In this document: one piece after another, positions 12,701 to 24,960 of the stretch
Numbering within the stretch: position 1 is the first letter of the stretch
Layout: the number at the start of each line of letters is the position of its first letter
Assembly: GCF_902652985.1 (NCBI RefSeq)
Contig: NC_047016.1
Location: forward strand, 51,770,001 to 51,834,000
DNA length: 64,000 nt
Reading direction: 5' to 3'
Source of the DNA: Pecten maximus
Lineage: Eukaryota
Made by a program: the position numbers and the translations under genes
Notes under the pieces: generated by a model
Database searches by the model: none
Told to the model about the DNA's origin: nothing
The model's input: the letters and a program-made list of their open reading frames with translations, nothing else

Positions 12701-15700
12701 GATATATTTAAACAAGATTGATAGCCTTCCGCCCCAGCCACAGGCCAAATATCAGGTCTCCAGGTCTCTTGGATTTTGAGAAGAAATTGTTTAAAGATTT
12801 GAGCATTTTTGACTCCTTTGACCTCGAATGCAGGTGAAGGTCATTTATTTGAATAAACTTGGTAGGCCTTCAACCCTGCCTGCTACACCCCAAATATCAG
12901 ATCTTTGAGCTTTTTGGTTATTAAGAAGAAGTTGGTTTAATAGAAAAGTTGATACAAGACTGGTGATGGCTGGACGACAGATTTCGCACCATGCCATAAG
13001 CTCATTGGTCTCCTGGTAGGTGAGCTAACAATTAGAAAACAAGTTATATCATATGTTAATCACTCTTTTTAGCCTGGATAAAAGCACCCAGGGTGTCTTA
13101 TTGTGGGAGGAAACTGGAGAACTCGAAGTAGACAAGTAACCCCATATATCTTTTCATGTCCCAATGCGGAATAGAACACCAGCTGCCTAGGTGAAAGGCA
13201 AGTGTGTAACCAAGGTGCCACGCGACCACCCAATAACCTTAGTGTTGGCATAACAATATTTTGTTGAATTACACACCATGCATTCTTCAGGAGCAGCCTC
13301 AGACAGCAGTCCTTCCTTCTGGGCACTGAAACAAGACATGATGACACGTGTCAACCTTGACTTAGCCAAACACTAAATCACTGATATTGGGAACCATACA
13401 CTTGGCATAAGTTAACTAACGAAGTACGAACAAAGTAGTAAAACTTATAAAACATTCCTTCAGTACACTAAGTTTCTTTCTTCTTGTTCAAAATATGCTT
13501 TAATTTTTGCTTTATAAAAAAAGTTTATCTTGTTTTTAAAGGGATGCAGGAATTCTATACCTACCATGTTACATGAAAGTAAGTCCTACACATGCCCGCA
13601 TCACAGCTGATACACACACCTGTTCTGCTGAACCGAGCATCCTCGCACAGCGAACATTCCTGTAACAGACAAACTGGACTGATCATCTATAACAATTCAG
13701 CTCACAAAACAGCCCAAACTAGATTCGGTTTAGGATTTCGGCACTGTCCAAAGGTCAAACTAAAAAGATCTGTTTTATTTTATTTCCCTAATTTACCTTA
13801 AAGGTATTGTTACAATACCGTAAACACATTGTTTCTCTTACTGAAGTTTGCTCTATAGTTAACTGCTGTAATCTGATCTTTTAACAAACTAGAACCTATT
13901 GATCACCAAGTCAAAAACACCTTTGGGCTATTCCTTTAAAATATCTACCTGACCCCAGAACTCCACAATAAATCACTTCAATCCATGGTTGGATTACCTT
14001 CCTATTACTTCTATGTAATTTATTAAATAAATTCTATGAGTGTCGAGGTACCCCTTAACAAAACCTGGAGTCCTGGGGGTGGGGTAGATGTTTTACTGGA
14101 AAAGCCCTTTCTAAATTTTGAATCAACTCCTGCTTTGGAAATAAATATGAGGCATATTCAATTATACCTTGAGTAGATCATTTTAAACAGGGTAACAGAT
14201 TTTCTCTACCTACCCGTGCACCCCATCTTGAGTAGGGCATTTCAAACAGGGTAACAGGGCTGAGTTTGTCCACATCTCCAAAGGCAACACCAGGAGTGTA
14301 GAGAGCACAGACTAGGTGTACCCACCTGTGTGTAAAAGATAGACATGTAATTCAACACAAAGATTTGAGGGCTATCCAGTAACATATATCCAAAAGAAAG
14401 ACCCTAGAAAAACAAATATAGACAATCACATGTAATTCAACACAAAGATTTAGGGGATATTCCAGTAACATATATCCAAAAGAAAGACCCAAGAAAAACA
14501 AATATAGACAATCACATGTAATTCAACACAAAGATTTGGAGGCTATCCAGTAACATATATATATATATATATCCTAAAGAAAGACCTTAGAAAAACAGTC
14601 ACGAATGGTGGGCACAAGAGATAATGTGACCTCACATATACAGTTTTGTTGAAATTAAATCAATTCTTTCTTTGTTTGACAAATCTGCAGTCCTCCTTTT
14701 GGGTAGATGTTTTACTGAAATAGTCCTTAAAACGTAAATTTTTATATGAATCTTCTATCAATAGATATATATAATATTTCTATAATGTCTATCAAGTATT
14801 CCTGTATGTAACATAACCACTAACAGTCACTCTAGGTTGTCTGCATTCCAATTTCATTTCATTCTTTTTTCAAGATTTTATTTTTACGTCACCTTCATTT
14901 AAACTGTCTACTTACAGAATGTCAAATTACAAATATTTCATAGCATGATTTAGCACTTACTTTCCCGCATCTGTTTCTTTAAATATCCCACCGGGATTCG
15001 GACAAAGTTCGCAAGTCTGAATAGAAATAAATCAAGTGTAGGAACAGTTCAATGTACAAGTATACAGTTTCATATAAAACACCACTTAACTCTCCCAACT
15101 TTTCCATAAAAATCAAAGAACTGGGACTTAACCTTCGTCTTTCGTTTAGAGTTCAGATCTGTGAGGAAAATTTTGACAGAAGACTATTTTGTCTTAAGTT
15201 TCAATCGAGAATTTTTTTTAGGATTTCCTTTGCGTAAAGTCATCCTTTATCAAAACGTACTATGTAATAGGTTTCGCAGATTTCAATTCCTTTGTATAAG
15301 GTTAAACATTAATATTCCATACAAGATTTCTGATTTTCATTGTAGTTTCATACTTACTGGTTTACAGTCGGCCTTACAGGCGTCACAGAACCAGGGTTCT
15401 GTACTGGCTGACGATTCAGTGCTGGCATTTGATTGGTTCTCACTGATACCATAGCAACCTAACACAAGTACAAAGTAAGTTAGCAATTCAAATATGATGT
15501 ATAACAGTAAGAGAAACAGTGAGATTTTAATAAATGGATTTCTTTACCATAAAAAAATCAAGTAGACGATTTTCACCTAACTCTCATCAAACCCTCTATA
15601 ATAAGGTTTCTTTTCCAATATTGGTAGGTTTTTCAAATAATTGAAGCAGAAAGGGTGCATTTTTCTCATTTTTATTGTATTTTACACAGTATTTTTGCTT

Positions 15701-18700
15701 CAAGTATTTACAAATTGCTTATTGATGAGGATTATTACCTTCATGGACAGAAACTCCACAGTTGTCACATTCGACAATCTCATCATCTTCTTCACTGTAA
15801 ATGAATTGATACTGGATGTCAATCACTATTTTTTCCTTTCGCTAGGAGCACAAAATAGTTTTATGCAAATTCTTTTCCATATAAAAATGTGGGATGAGAC
15901 TTTTGTTTGTTTGCTCGGTTTTAGGCCCTTTGAACAGCCAGGGTCACTTTGAGGCGGGGGACTCTTTGTAGTAGTTTGTGACTACCTCACTGAACAACAT
16001 ACAGTTAAAACATTAAGTTTTAACATGCAATCATCAATCAGATTTCATACCATCAGGAGTTTCTTTTTTCACTTTCCCAAATGTTATACCAGTTTCACTT
16101 TTAAGACATTGTTTATGACGTGATGAATCGATACCTGATATCTCCAAGGCAGACACAACAGATAGTGACCCGGATCTGTTTGTGTCTGTAAAGAGGATAC
16201 ACACTGCTGGCTGGTAGGCTGCTCGCCTGTAAAAAAACACATTTAGTTTGGATACAGACTTTGGTATATATCAATTAACAAAATGTCTAACATGTCTATT
16301 TGACTTATGTTTTGACCCTTCAGATTTCAGAGAAATAGTGATTTGACTTCTGAAACTGCTTAAAATCAAGTCAACTGGATGCTGTGATGTTAAGATTAAT
16401 GTGACTGGACAACTATTATGACTGTGGGTCTATTGGTACGCCGTAAAATTTAGAAAAAATATATTTCGACAGTGGGTCTATTGGTATGCCCGAAGATTTG
16501 AAAAAAATAAAAACATTTGACTCTCTGATCTTGGAAGTTGGTTGAGGCAATATTTAATGTTCTATGGATTAACATAGATCTGTGATTTCAAAATGATATC
16601 AGAGTTAAGATCATTGTAAACTGTTCATACCACAACCACTCCATTTCCACCAGAGCCGGAAACTCCTTCCTGTTTGACATCAATTCCAGACGGGACCTCC
16701 AGACTCGTAGTCTCGATTTTGACTCCTTCTGTTGCACGCTTTTCTTCTTTAGGATATTCATCTTCACTAGATGAATCACTGGAATCATCATCCTCATCAC
16801 TATCATCATCTTCATTGTCATCATTGTTGTCATCCTTCTCACTTAGCTCAGCAGCATCCGAGTCATCTGAGCCTATAGCAGATAAAAAACATGTTTAGAT
16901 AAAAAAATCAACTCCATGCACAAGGCCAAAGGTTCCCCATTTATGCAATTCTTGAACAGTTTTCAAAGATGAATATGAAATTGAAAAACAATTTTTTTTT
17001 TCAATTATCAGGAAGAAAGATTTGTTATATTGATTGAATGTCTTACAATAATCTAGAACTATTATGATAAAACTTTAAATATCACATCATCAATGTGAAG
17101 ATCATAGTTTTTAAATGACAATAATTTTACACCAATTGCACACATTAATCTGAACATCGGTAGACATTATATCTTGTCCCTTGCAGATGTAAACCTTCAT
17201 ATTTAGCATTTTCAGAATTCCCAGAAATGTAAAGGGTCAAAACTTTTGTCTCATACAAGGCATCCAGTAGACCATTGAGAGTGCATTTTTGACTCCCCAA
17301 AATGAGGTCTGACTCTTGTGTATTTAGGGGTGAAATGGTACACCTTCATCATGATTCAGTATGTATTGCAGTGCAGTATCAACAGTCTTTTTTCGGGGTT
17401 CAATATTTAGCATCCAGTAAAATACTTAAGAGATGACTAGTGCTACTATAGATGCTTTTGAAACAATCAACCTTTTTATTTCAGACTTCAGGTATTCAAT
17501 AATACACTACAGCAGTATGTAACAAATACTGTATTTGACCTAATAAGGGCGCCTGCCCTAATAAGGACGCCCCTACCTTTTTTCAAGGAAATAAATCTTT
17601 GACTGAGTGTCAAAATGGTGTTCAAAAGTAATAATTCTTGTGAAATGTTTTGCTACTTTATGTGTTCAGTTTTCTTCAGCAAATTAGGTAACTGGAACAC
17701 AAGTTTTCGCCACTTTTTGTCTATTCCTACAGATGACATGTCATTGCGAAGAGCACCCGAAACTAAACACACATACAAATAATATCTTACCATCTTTATT
17801 TGAAGATAAAGTAAAAGACTTCATTCTTGTTGATAAATAACTTTTGTTTAGAACAGAAAGCTAGTAAAATACATTGTAAATCAATTATTAGGTCAAAAAA
17901 ACGATGTCTGGGATGATCTGGGAAATCACCTGTGTCTATAAATAGAACACAAAAGAGTTCCATTTGAACATAAATGGTGGAACACACGTTCTCTGGTCTA
18001 AAGATCAGCTGGCATGGTTTACAACTTTACAGGTATATTCAAGTGATATTTAAGCTTAATATGATAATGAATAGATATCTTCATCTGGAATATATTTATG
18101 ACGGAGTATTTTACCGTTTCCACAGCCTTGGGTTTTCTGCTATAAGGTATAGTCTGTTTCATAAAACTTCAGAATAACTAATCTTAATAAGGGCGCCCCC
18201 ACTGTCAATTACCCGCGCCCTTATTAGGTCAAATACGGTATGTATAAATATTTTTAATCAAATTTACGTTTTTGTTTCACAAGTCTGGCTATTCTGATTT
18301 TTTAGACGATCTTGCTATATAGCTACAAGTCAGTTTTAAAGGAAAACTGTCTAACACTAGAACTCTTCAAATTAAAGAAGGGCTAGCACTGATGTTGTCT
18401 TTCCTAATCAAATGCATGTTTGGTTGTGTTTCCATGCTTTAAATGTTTGTAAAACATATTGAGTGGTCCAGCCTATAACATAAGTGGCTACTGGCTGGCA
18501 AACTTTGAAGACATGGCAAGCGCCTGTCCTAAGTTGTTTGTCATGTATTACTCTAACAATACCACCAAACATGGAAAATTTGACATTCTGCACAGTGTAA
18601 ATCTACTTTGGGAAGTTAGAGGTTACATGGAGCCTATCATATGTTTCTAGCCGTGATATCCTCTATAATTGTTGGAGTAACCGTTTCACCTCAATGAGTT

Positions 18701-19630
18701 TGAAGGGACATATCTACTTGACTGATGTTTTGACCGTTCAGATTTCTGAGAAATAGTGATTTGACTTCCGAAATGGCAAAAAGTAAAGGGTCAACTGTGT
18801 TTCCCTGAAATAGACCTGTCCCTCTAAGCAGGAGTTATTTTGGAAAGTCTGAACATTCTGATGTTTCACGCCCTTATATATAACCTTTGTGATGTTTTTC
18901 TACATCAAAGTCGCTATCATCATCGCTATCGTCTCCTCCTCCAAAGTCCACCTGTATGAGATGACGCTGCACTGGTTTCACTCTGCGTTTCTTTGGATCT
19001 CTTTGTACTATAGAAAATGTAAAATTGTGGGAAAGATTAAGCATTTAATCTGTAACTGGTACAACAGATAATATTCTTTAATTCAAATAATTATATTTCA
19101 ATAATAATTGGAATAACACATTTGTCCAACTTTAAAATTGTACTGCTGCAACTTTTACTTTTCACATTAATCATTTCAATTTTGTGTTTGAATTGATATA
19201 TTAAAGCGTACGCATGTAACATAAGAGGCTGCTAATTTATTACGTTATAATTCTCTATCGAGATTGTTGCTTACGATAACATTATTTTTTATTAAATTAT
19301 TATAGTAAAACTGGAAAATGGGAATGTTTCAATTTTAGTCATTCAATCATAAAACAAAGATTAATGATGCTGTTTCGTTTGGGAGGATCTGCCTCCTCTT
19401 AATTGAGAGGATGCTTTTGAGCTCTAGCAAGCATACAGAAGTACAGTACAATATAATATTACAGTAGCGTAACTCCATGTTCCCCCAACCTGCACGGATA
19501 CCGTCGTAATGACTGATGTCAGTTCACGATTCGGTTTCCACAGCAAATAATCCGATATCTTACACATCGTTTTATACAAAAATTCCACGCTTGGGTCAAC
19601 CTCTTCTAGTTCTAAGTTGTTTTCTGCCAT
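685..19630 (-). CDS. PHF14: PHD finger protein 14 (20 coding exons in window; 3' end lies beyond position 1)
   Basis: All exons are GT-AG and phase-consistent: 19564-19630, 18885-19007, 16631-16872, 16135-16226, 15739-15794, 15358-15458, 14961-15016, 14214-14325, 13565-13659, 13277-13325, 12207-12347, 10373-10448, 9628-9813, 9254-9360, 8023-8118, 7508-7611, 4796-4927, 4210-4348, 3369-3653, 685-827. The translation has the PHF14-like N-terminus RDPKKRRVKPV..DSDDDSDF. It then has the PZP module [127 protein letters not shown]. This is followed by a coiled coil, a PHD (CAVC..CDLCKKYYHLGCLEPPLTRMPKK..WQCSEC) and the start of the last PHD (CVVCNGLGDFTNTV). Confidence 0.95.
1136..1310. repeat. 35-bp tandem repeat x5 (intronic)
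   Basis: attagaaatgcgtttacccctcttcatttaaacat repeated. Confidence 0.9.
1968..3570 (-). repeat. 33-bp minisatellite (partly coding in PHF14 exon 19) with higher-order duplicated exon-end/donor cassettes
   Basis: Unit tatccacactcggtctactggtggagggactatatt-like, about 40 copies. Three cassettes end in DISD(T/M)PVTK|gtacgg, with donors near 3368, 3243 and 2027. There are also 19-bp subrepeats gtaactaag|gtacggcact. Confidence 0.95.
5125..7498. repeat. 36-bp minisatellite, ~65 copies, filling most of PHF14 intron 16
   Basis: Unit cctgtcaaagtaaggtagcatacagccttaagtctc. It starts about 10 nt inside the exon-16 donor and degenerates toward 5125. There is an exact 360-bp higher-order duplication (5461-5820 = 5821-6180). 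Confidence 0.95.
8365..9302 (-). repeat. 62-bp (and 48-bp variant) minisatellite = last 49 nt of PHF14 exon 14 + 13 nt donor, ~16 copies
   Basis: The core ctcctgtttttgcag recurs at 62- or 48-bp spacing. Minus-strand unit: cagtatactgcaaaaacaggagaacgtcctacgtcgacagttcgaccag|gtaaata. Confidence 0.95.
10921..12115. mobile_element. Non-autonomous Tc1/mariner-pogo-like DNA transposon (MITE)
   Basis: TA|CCGTAAATATTCGCGTATAGTGCGCAC ... GTGCGCACTATACCCGAATATTTACGG|TA. Subterminal repeats of tgcgcactatacgc; no transposase ORF. Confidence 0.9.
14342..14600. repeat. ~85-bp tandem repeat x3 (intronic)
   Basis: acatgtaattcaacacaaagattt...ccagtaacatatatccaaaagaaagacc repeated three times. Confidence 0.85.
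17529..18238. mobile_element. MITE family A copy 1 (TA TSD, pogo/mariner-like)
   Basis: TA|C(T)GTATTTGACCTAATAAGGGCGC ... GCGCCCTTATTAGGTCAAATACGG|TA. Highly similar to the copies at 24184 and 54951. Confidence 0.93.
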
Positions 19631-19941
19631 GTTGAGTGATAGAACTCAGTCTAGAAAACGTGAAAATGAGCCAAGTCAATTGTGCGCGGCGCTTGAAAAT
19701 CGCAGTCTCTACCACGCTTAGTAGTTGTACTCTCAAAACCTTTCTATTACTAAATTGCAAATTATATCATATATATATCTATATATGATACAAAGGCGTT
19801 TTTATTAATCATAATTATATTAAATGTATAGAAAATTTAGCTGATGACGTTTAAACTCGTGTACTATTCACTTTAGATAACATTTACTTTTGTACGGAGA
19901 GTACACGTCGCCATTTTCGTATAACACTGCAACCTCTGGAA
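19631..19941. promoter_or_regulatory. Bidirectional promoter region between PHF14 and the NDUFA4-like gene
   Basis: The divergent ATGs are separated by only 311 bp. There is local CpG enrichment and a YY1-like CGCCATTTT at 19909-19917. Confidence 0.7.
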
Positions 19942-22900
19942 ATGGTGCACTTAACGAAACTCTTACGCCATGGCGGTCCTACGCCGTATCATACCAACCC
20001 CAGGCTTATGGTTGGGTCTGGAAAAGAGGTGTTAAATACAAAGAGCCATTATAGCAGCGTAAGTATTGTACCCGTAACTAAATCTAAATGTTCCATTTGT
20101 AACCCCGGCTGTTTTGCCAATGTCACACCATTCAGGTCGTGCTGTGATCTGAGAAAAGCAGGGCAATTTTCCTAACAAAATTGCGAAATGTTAGGAAAAG
20201 GATTGCTTGCATTTCAAATGTTAGTCTACTCCATGGGACATCAAGGAAAAAAATATCATAATTAGGTAATCTATAAAATATATATTTGAGATGACCTTCA
20301 ACACCATCTCGTTGACGATGTGTGGAAGTTGGGTATTTTACATGTGTGTGTATGTGTGCATAGGCCTATGGAATGTTGTGTAAGTTGTACGAGTTACCGA
20401 TGATCGAGTCTGTGTGTGAATGACCGAATGTAATCATGAATGGAAGGGATGTATCTGTGTATGGATGATGATTATTAGTAATATTACCTTGTTCTAGCTC
20501 TGTGTTTATAATATGTGTGTATTGCCGTCGCACCTGACACATAGGAACGAGATGGAATTGTTACATGGGGTAGCACAGTGGTATCACACTCGTATTTCAC
20601 CCATGGTAAGACCTCGCACACCACCAGGGACAATAACAGTGATTGATATATTATAATAGTAAGCATAGTCTTTTCATGAACAGCATGTTTTTTTGTTATT
20701 CAAGTTATTCCCCTTTGTTTATTTGGTATTTGATTTTTTGTCCAGAGATCAAAGACACTTGGTAGGGTTTATATTGTTGCGTGAAATGAGTCTAACTAAA
20801 CTCCTGATTACAGCTGGTATTCCCCGAGAAAATTAAACATTGACTTTGTAGTGAAAAGGCGAGAGTTAAAGCATGCCACCTTACCAGTCATATGGTGGTG
20901 CAAATGTTATTTCAATGCAAGATAGTATATAACGCTATATATATGGCATTTGACAGGGGTATATTGTTCTGTCTTGCTGTTTTTCGGAAAGTTTTAAACC
21001 AGGAAGTTTGTCAAAATATGCCAAACAAAAGTTGTTACACTCGATAACAAAAGTTATTAAGGTTAACGATCAGCTGAGTAAAATGGTAATATTCTGGGAA
21101 ACAGTGATTGAGACCTGACTGTACAAAATATATCGCTAAGAGTAGTCCAGATCAGAAAGTAAATGATACATAATGATAAGAGTAAAGATCTCGTTATCTA
21201 CTGTTGACATTGATATGGTTGTCATGTAAGTGACATTCTGTGTAACTTGAAAGAAACCCAAAAAACCTTAAACTTTCCTATTACCAATTGTATGATGCAT
21301 GGTGGGTGTCTAGATATCTGTTGTCTTTCAAATCAAATGATTTTGCAGATATCCCCCATTTTTATTTGTCAAACAATTGCTGATTTGCAAAAAAATACAT
21401 CAAGCATAATTTCTTTAATTGCCTAATATTTTAGTGGTGTCATTGTTTTTACAGTTGCTGCCCATCCATCTTGTAACCTTAGGAGGCTGCGTTGTTTGTG
21501 CATGGTACATGTGCAGATCTCTGTTCTTTAGCCCAGATGTCATGTAAGTGATAAACTGATAAAGAAAAATAAACATGCTTTTTGTCAAGTAAACAGACTC
21601 AGTGACCTTTGTTCAAGGTCGCTGAATAAAATATGCTGAATTTCCCAAAGTTTCAGAAAGATATATGTGGTCATGATAATTGATCAGAAAACAACTTGGA
21701 TTAAATTTGAGGGCATTAAAATCGTAGATAAACCATGCATATCTTCAAGCAATTGTTTTCAGATTATGATAATTAATTTAGGCATCGGAGAGAATTATTC
21801 AATGTGTTCAAATTATGACCTTAACTATCATTCAATGCCTAAGTGGACAAATCTGTTTAAAGTATAATATGTTTTAAGAAACTCCAAAAGTTGAAAGTTA
21901 AATCTATGATGAAATAAGGACTATCGAGTGGTCAGGTCTTTACTTGTTAGACCAACAATAGGTTTATTGTTATATAGTTGACAATCAAGGTCTGATCTGC
22001 CATTAATGGGAAAGATAAACTGACATTTCGAACAGCAGAAATGTCATTAAATTGTATTGATACATTCTCTGTAAAAGTACAAAATGAAAATGAAATTGCC
22101 ATGAATTATTTTAGCTGTCATTGTTATAAAGTTTATACTAGTACAGAATGTTATGCTTGTACAGAAAAAAATATTCCTATTGAGAAAATGTATCAGTAAT
22201 TAGAATCAACTGTCTTATTTACTATGAAATATGAAGTTGGTACTTTCATCTGCACCAAGAAGTCGTAGTGATTAATATAAGCTTTATTTGCAATTGTTGT
22301 AAAATTTTACATGTAATAATATGGTCAGCAATATCATCTGTACTAATGTATAGTGAATTTGTTGATAGAGTGTCATTAGCAGTTTTATAATGAATTTGAT
22401 TGGATTATTTTTAGGTTGAAAAAGGACAGCCGCAGTTACCCATGGCTAATGAAGTCCAACCAACATCAATACAAGGCAAGTCTTATACAAATCTAGATTT
22501 CCTGTTAGTGTGTTGTTGTCTTGTATGTAATATCAAACCTTGCAGAATTGTGATTTTCACTGTCTGGGCAGTATTTTCTGTTCTTTTTTTAATAACAGAT
22601 ATTTTTTTTTTGCAAAACCTTTTCAGTTAGAACAGTGTCTAGATTAATGATTAGACATTTCAGATTTCTAGGAAATGGTGTTTTGAATTCTAAGATTGCT
22701 TAAAATCACCAGGATAAGCCGTCAGGAAAATAATTTATCTGGAAGAATAGTATTAAAAAACAAAGAAATTTTATAAATAATTTGAGCATGACACTTTTCA
22801 CACTGACAAGTTGTATGGGCTCCAAGGTTTCTTGAATGTAATGCATCATAGTTTATCTTTGGGTATGACATGAAGACTGAGTGTGTTCAAACCTACAAGC

Positions 22901-23443
22901 TGAACAGTAACAGCCCATGGCTCTTGTGTCGGTTGTAGCATATGTCCTTTGACATGTTAGATATTGTTATCTAAATTCTAAGGTTTCTTTGAAGGTTAGA
23001 TAAAGGACTCTGGACTGGGGATTGGATAAATTTTTCAGTAATTTATAAGTTTTGAACAGTTATCATGATTAATGTTAAAAGGTAGACACTGAAACAAGGT
23101 CACTGTGACCTTTTTTGATTTTGCCACTTCAAATTTATGCAAATTTTTTTTTTATCTTCTTTGGGCTTTGTAGATTGAAGTGTAAACAATATCTTGATGA
23201 ATTGCAAAGCTTGCATCACACTGTGTATATTGTACTAGAAATAGGTTTCCTGTAACTCCAAGGAAGTACATTTAATTTGAATTGTATTTTTTTTTACAGC
23301 TGTTCTCCTTTAGCTTGAAATACAAAGACCTGAAGAATCACCCAAATCATCCCGAGGGATTCCACGGCAGGGTCCAGCTGAGCAGCAAAGACTACTTCAA
23401 GCTGTCAAGCCACGGCCATGGAGAGGGAGAGGCTGAGCATTAA
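19942..23443 (+). CDS. NDUFA4: Cytochrome c oxidase subunit NDUFA4/COXFA4 (MLRQ/B12D family)-like protein, 120 aa, 4 exons
   Basis: Exons 19942-20010, 21455-21543, 22415-22475 (GC donor AAG|GCAAGT) and 23300-23443. Protein: MVHLTKLLRHGGPTPYHTNPRLM|LLPIHLVTLGGCVVCAWYMCRSLFFSPDVM|LKKDSRSYPWLMKSNQHQYK|LFSFSLKYKDLKNHPNHPEGFHG...GEAEH*. It fits the NDUFA4 pattern L-x-P-TM helix-R-x4-PDV...PW...QYK-x-F/Y-S...Y-x-x-LK, and the intron positions match my recollection of the vertebrate gene. Confidence 0.88.
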
Positions 23444-23751
23444 ACACCAGCTACAAAAGATGTATTTAATATGGACATCTGAGAGTTATCCTGTTTAAAG
23501 TGTTACTTTATATTTACCACCAAGGATTTTCGAATAGAGTGCTTTTTCTTCTACTCTGGGAACCAACGAAGAGTTAAATAGGACATCGTGTGATGTTAAA
23601 GACCTGTTTGATATTTTAGAGATCCTCTCATGGGAATACGATAAGTTATATCAGGTGAAGCGAATGTAATAGAGGGTGTATGTGTCTGTGTTTATGTAGA
23701 CTTTCTTGTTGAGCTAACTCCATCAAGCTTCAAAGCAAGGTTTACACTTTG

Positions 23752-23757
23752 AATAAA
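23752..23757 (+). terminator. Polyadenylation signal of the NDUFA4-like gene
   Basis: AATAAA about 310 nt after the stop codon, followed by T/GT-rich sequence. Confidence 0.6.
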
Positions 23758-23804
23758 AGTTTTGTTTGTACAGTTTAATTTGTCATTTTATATTTATGTT
23801 ATGT

Positions 23805-24960
23805 TGAAGAATGATTAATATCACTGTTAGACTATTCCAGTTAAAAATCTACAATGAAAAGAATGAGCAATATCACTGTCGGGTTTGTAAAGTCCAGCGA
23901 AATATATGGTACTTTTAAATTACTAGAAGAATGATCGATATCACTGTCAGGCTATTTCAGTAATATATCAAACATGCGAAAATAATGATCGATATCACTG
24001 TCAGGCTATTTCAGTAATATATCAAACATGCGAAAATAATGATCGATATCACTGTCAAGCTATTTCAGTAATATATCTAACATACGAAAAGAATTATCAA
24101 TATGGCTGTCTGACTAATACAGTCGTATATCTCGCATACGAAAAGATTGATAGATATCACTGTCAGACTCTTACAATCAAATACTGTATTTGACCTAATA
24201 AGGGCGCACCTACCTTTTTTCAAGGAAATAAATCTTTGACCGAGTGTCAAAATGGTGTTCAAAAGTAATAATTCATGTGAAATGTTTTGCTACTTTATGT
24301 GTTCAGTTTTTCTTCAACAAATTCAGTAACTAGAACACAAGTTTTCACCACATTTTGTCTATTCCTACAGATGACATGTCGGTGCAAAGAGCACCCGAAA
24401 CTAAACACACATAGAAATTATAACTTACCATCTTTATTTGAAGATAAAGTAAAAGACTTCATTCTTGTTGATAAATAACTTTTGTTCAGAACAGAAAGCT
24501 AGTAAAAGACATTGTAAATCAATTATTAGGTCAAAGAAAACGATGTCTGATATGATTTGGGAAATCACCTGTGTCTATGAATAGAACACAAAAGAGTTCC
24601 ATTTGAACATAAATTGTGGAACACACGTTCTCTGGTCTAACGATCAGCTGGCATGGTTTACAAGTTTACAGGAATATTCAAGTGATGTTTAAGCTTAATA
24701 TATGATAATGAATAGATATCTTCATCTGAAATATTTTTATGACTGAATATTCAATACTTTACCGTTTCCACAGCCTTGGGTATTCTGCTATAAGGTATAG
24801 TCTGTTTCATAAAACTTCAGAATAACTAATCTTAATAAGGGCACCCCCACTGTCAATTACCCGCGCCCTGCGCCCTTATTAGGTCAAATACGGTATCTGA
24901 CATGAAAAGAGTTATCAATATCACTGTCATAGCTATCTTAATTAAATATCCACCATACAA
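23805..24960. repeat. Degenerate ~52-bp tandem array interrupted by MITE A
   Basis: gatatcactgtcaggctatttcagtaatatatcaaacatgcgaaaataatgatc units lie on both sides of the MITE. Confidence 0.75.
24184..24893. mobile_element. MITE family A copy 2
   Basis: Same terminal inverted repeats (TIRs), TA flanks and internal sequence as 17529-18238. It is inserted into a degenerate ~52-bp tandem array. Confidence 0.93.

Noticed and set aside
12710-13035. Probable interspersed repeat fragments (also ~10090-10245 and ~56245-56480) and a short motif cagatttc..gaaat.gtg..ttga.ttct at ~16320, 18738, 22660 and 26075
   Set aside because: Too degenerate to define ends or a class without a repeat library.
19942-20175. 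77-aa single-exon ORF
   Set aside because: Only the first 23 codons are exon 1 of the NDUFA4-like gene; the rest is intron read-through.
21220-21233. 14-bp match (tgtcatgtaagtga) to the NDUFA4-like exon 2 donor, upstream of that exon
   Set aside because: A single short match with no acceptor or frame support; it could be chance.
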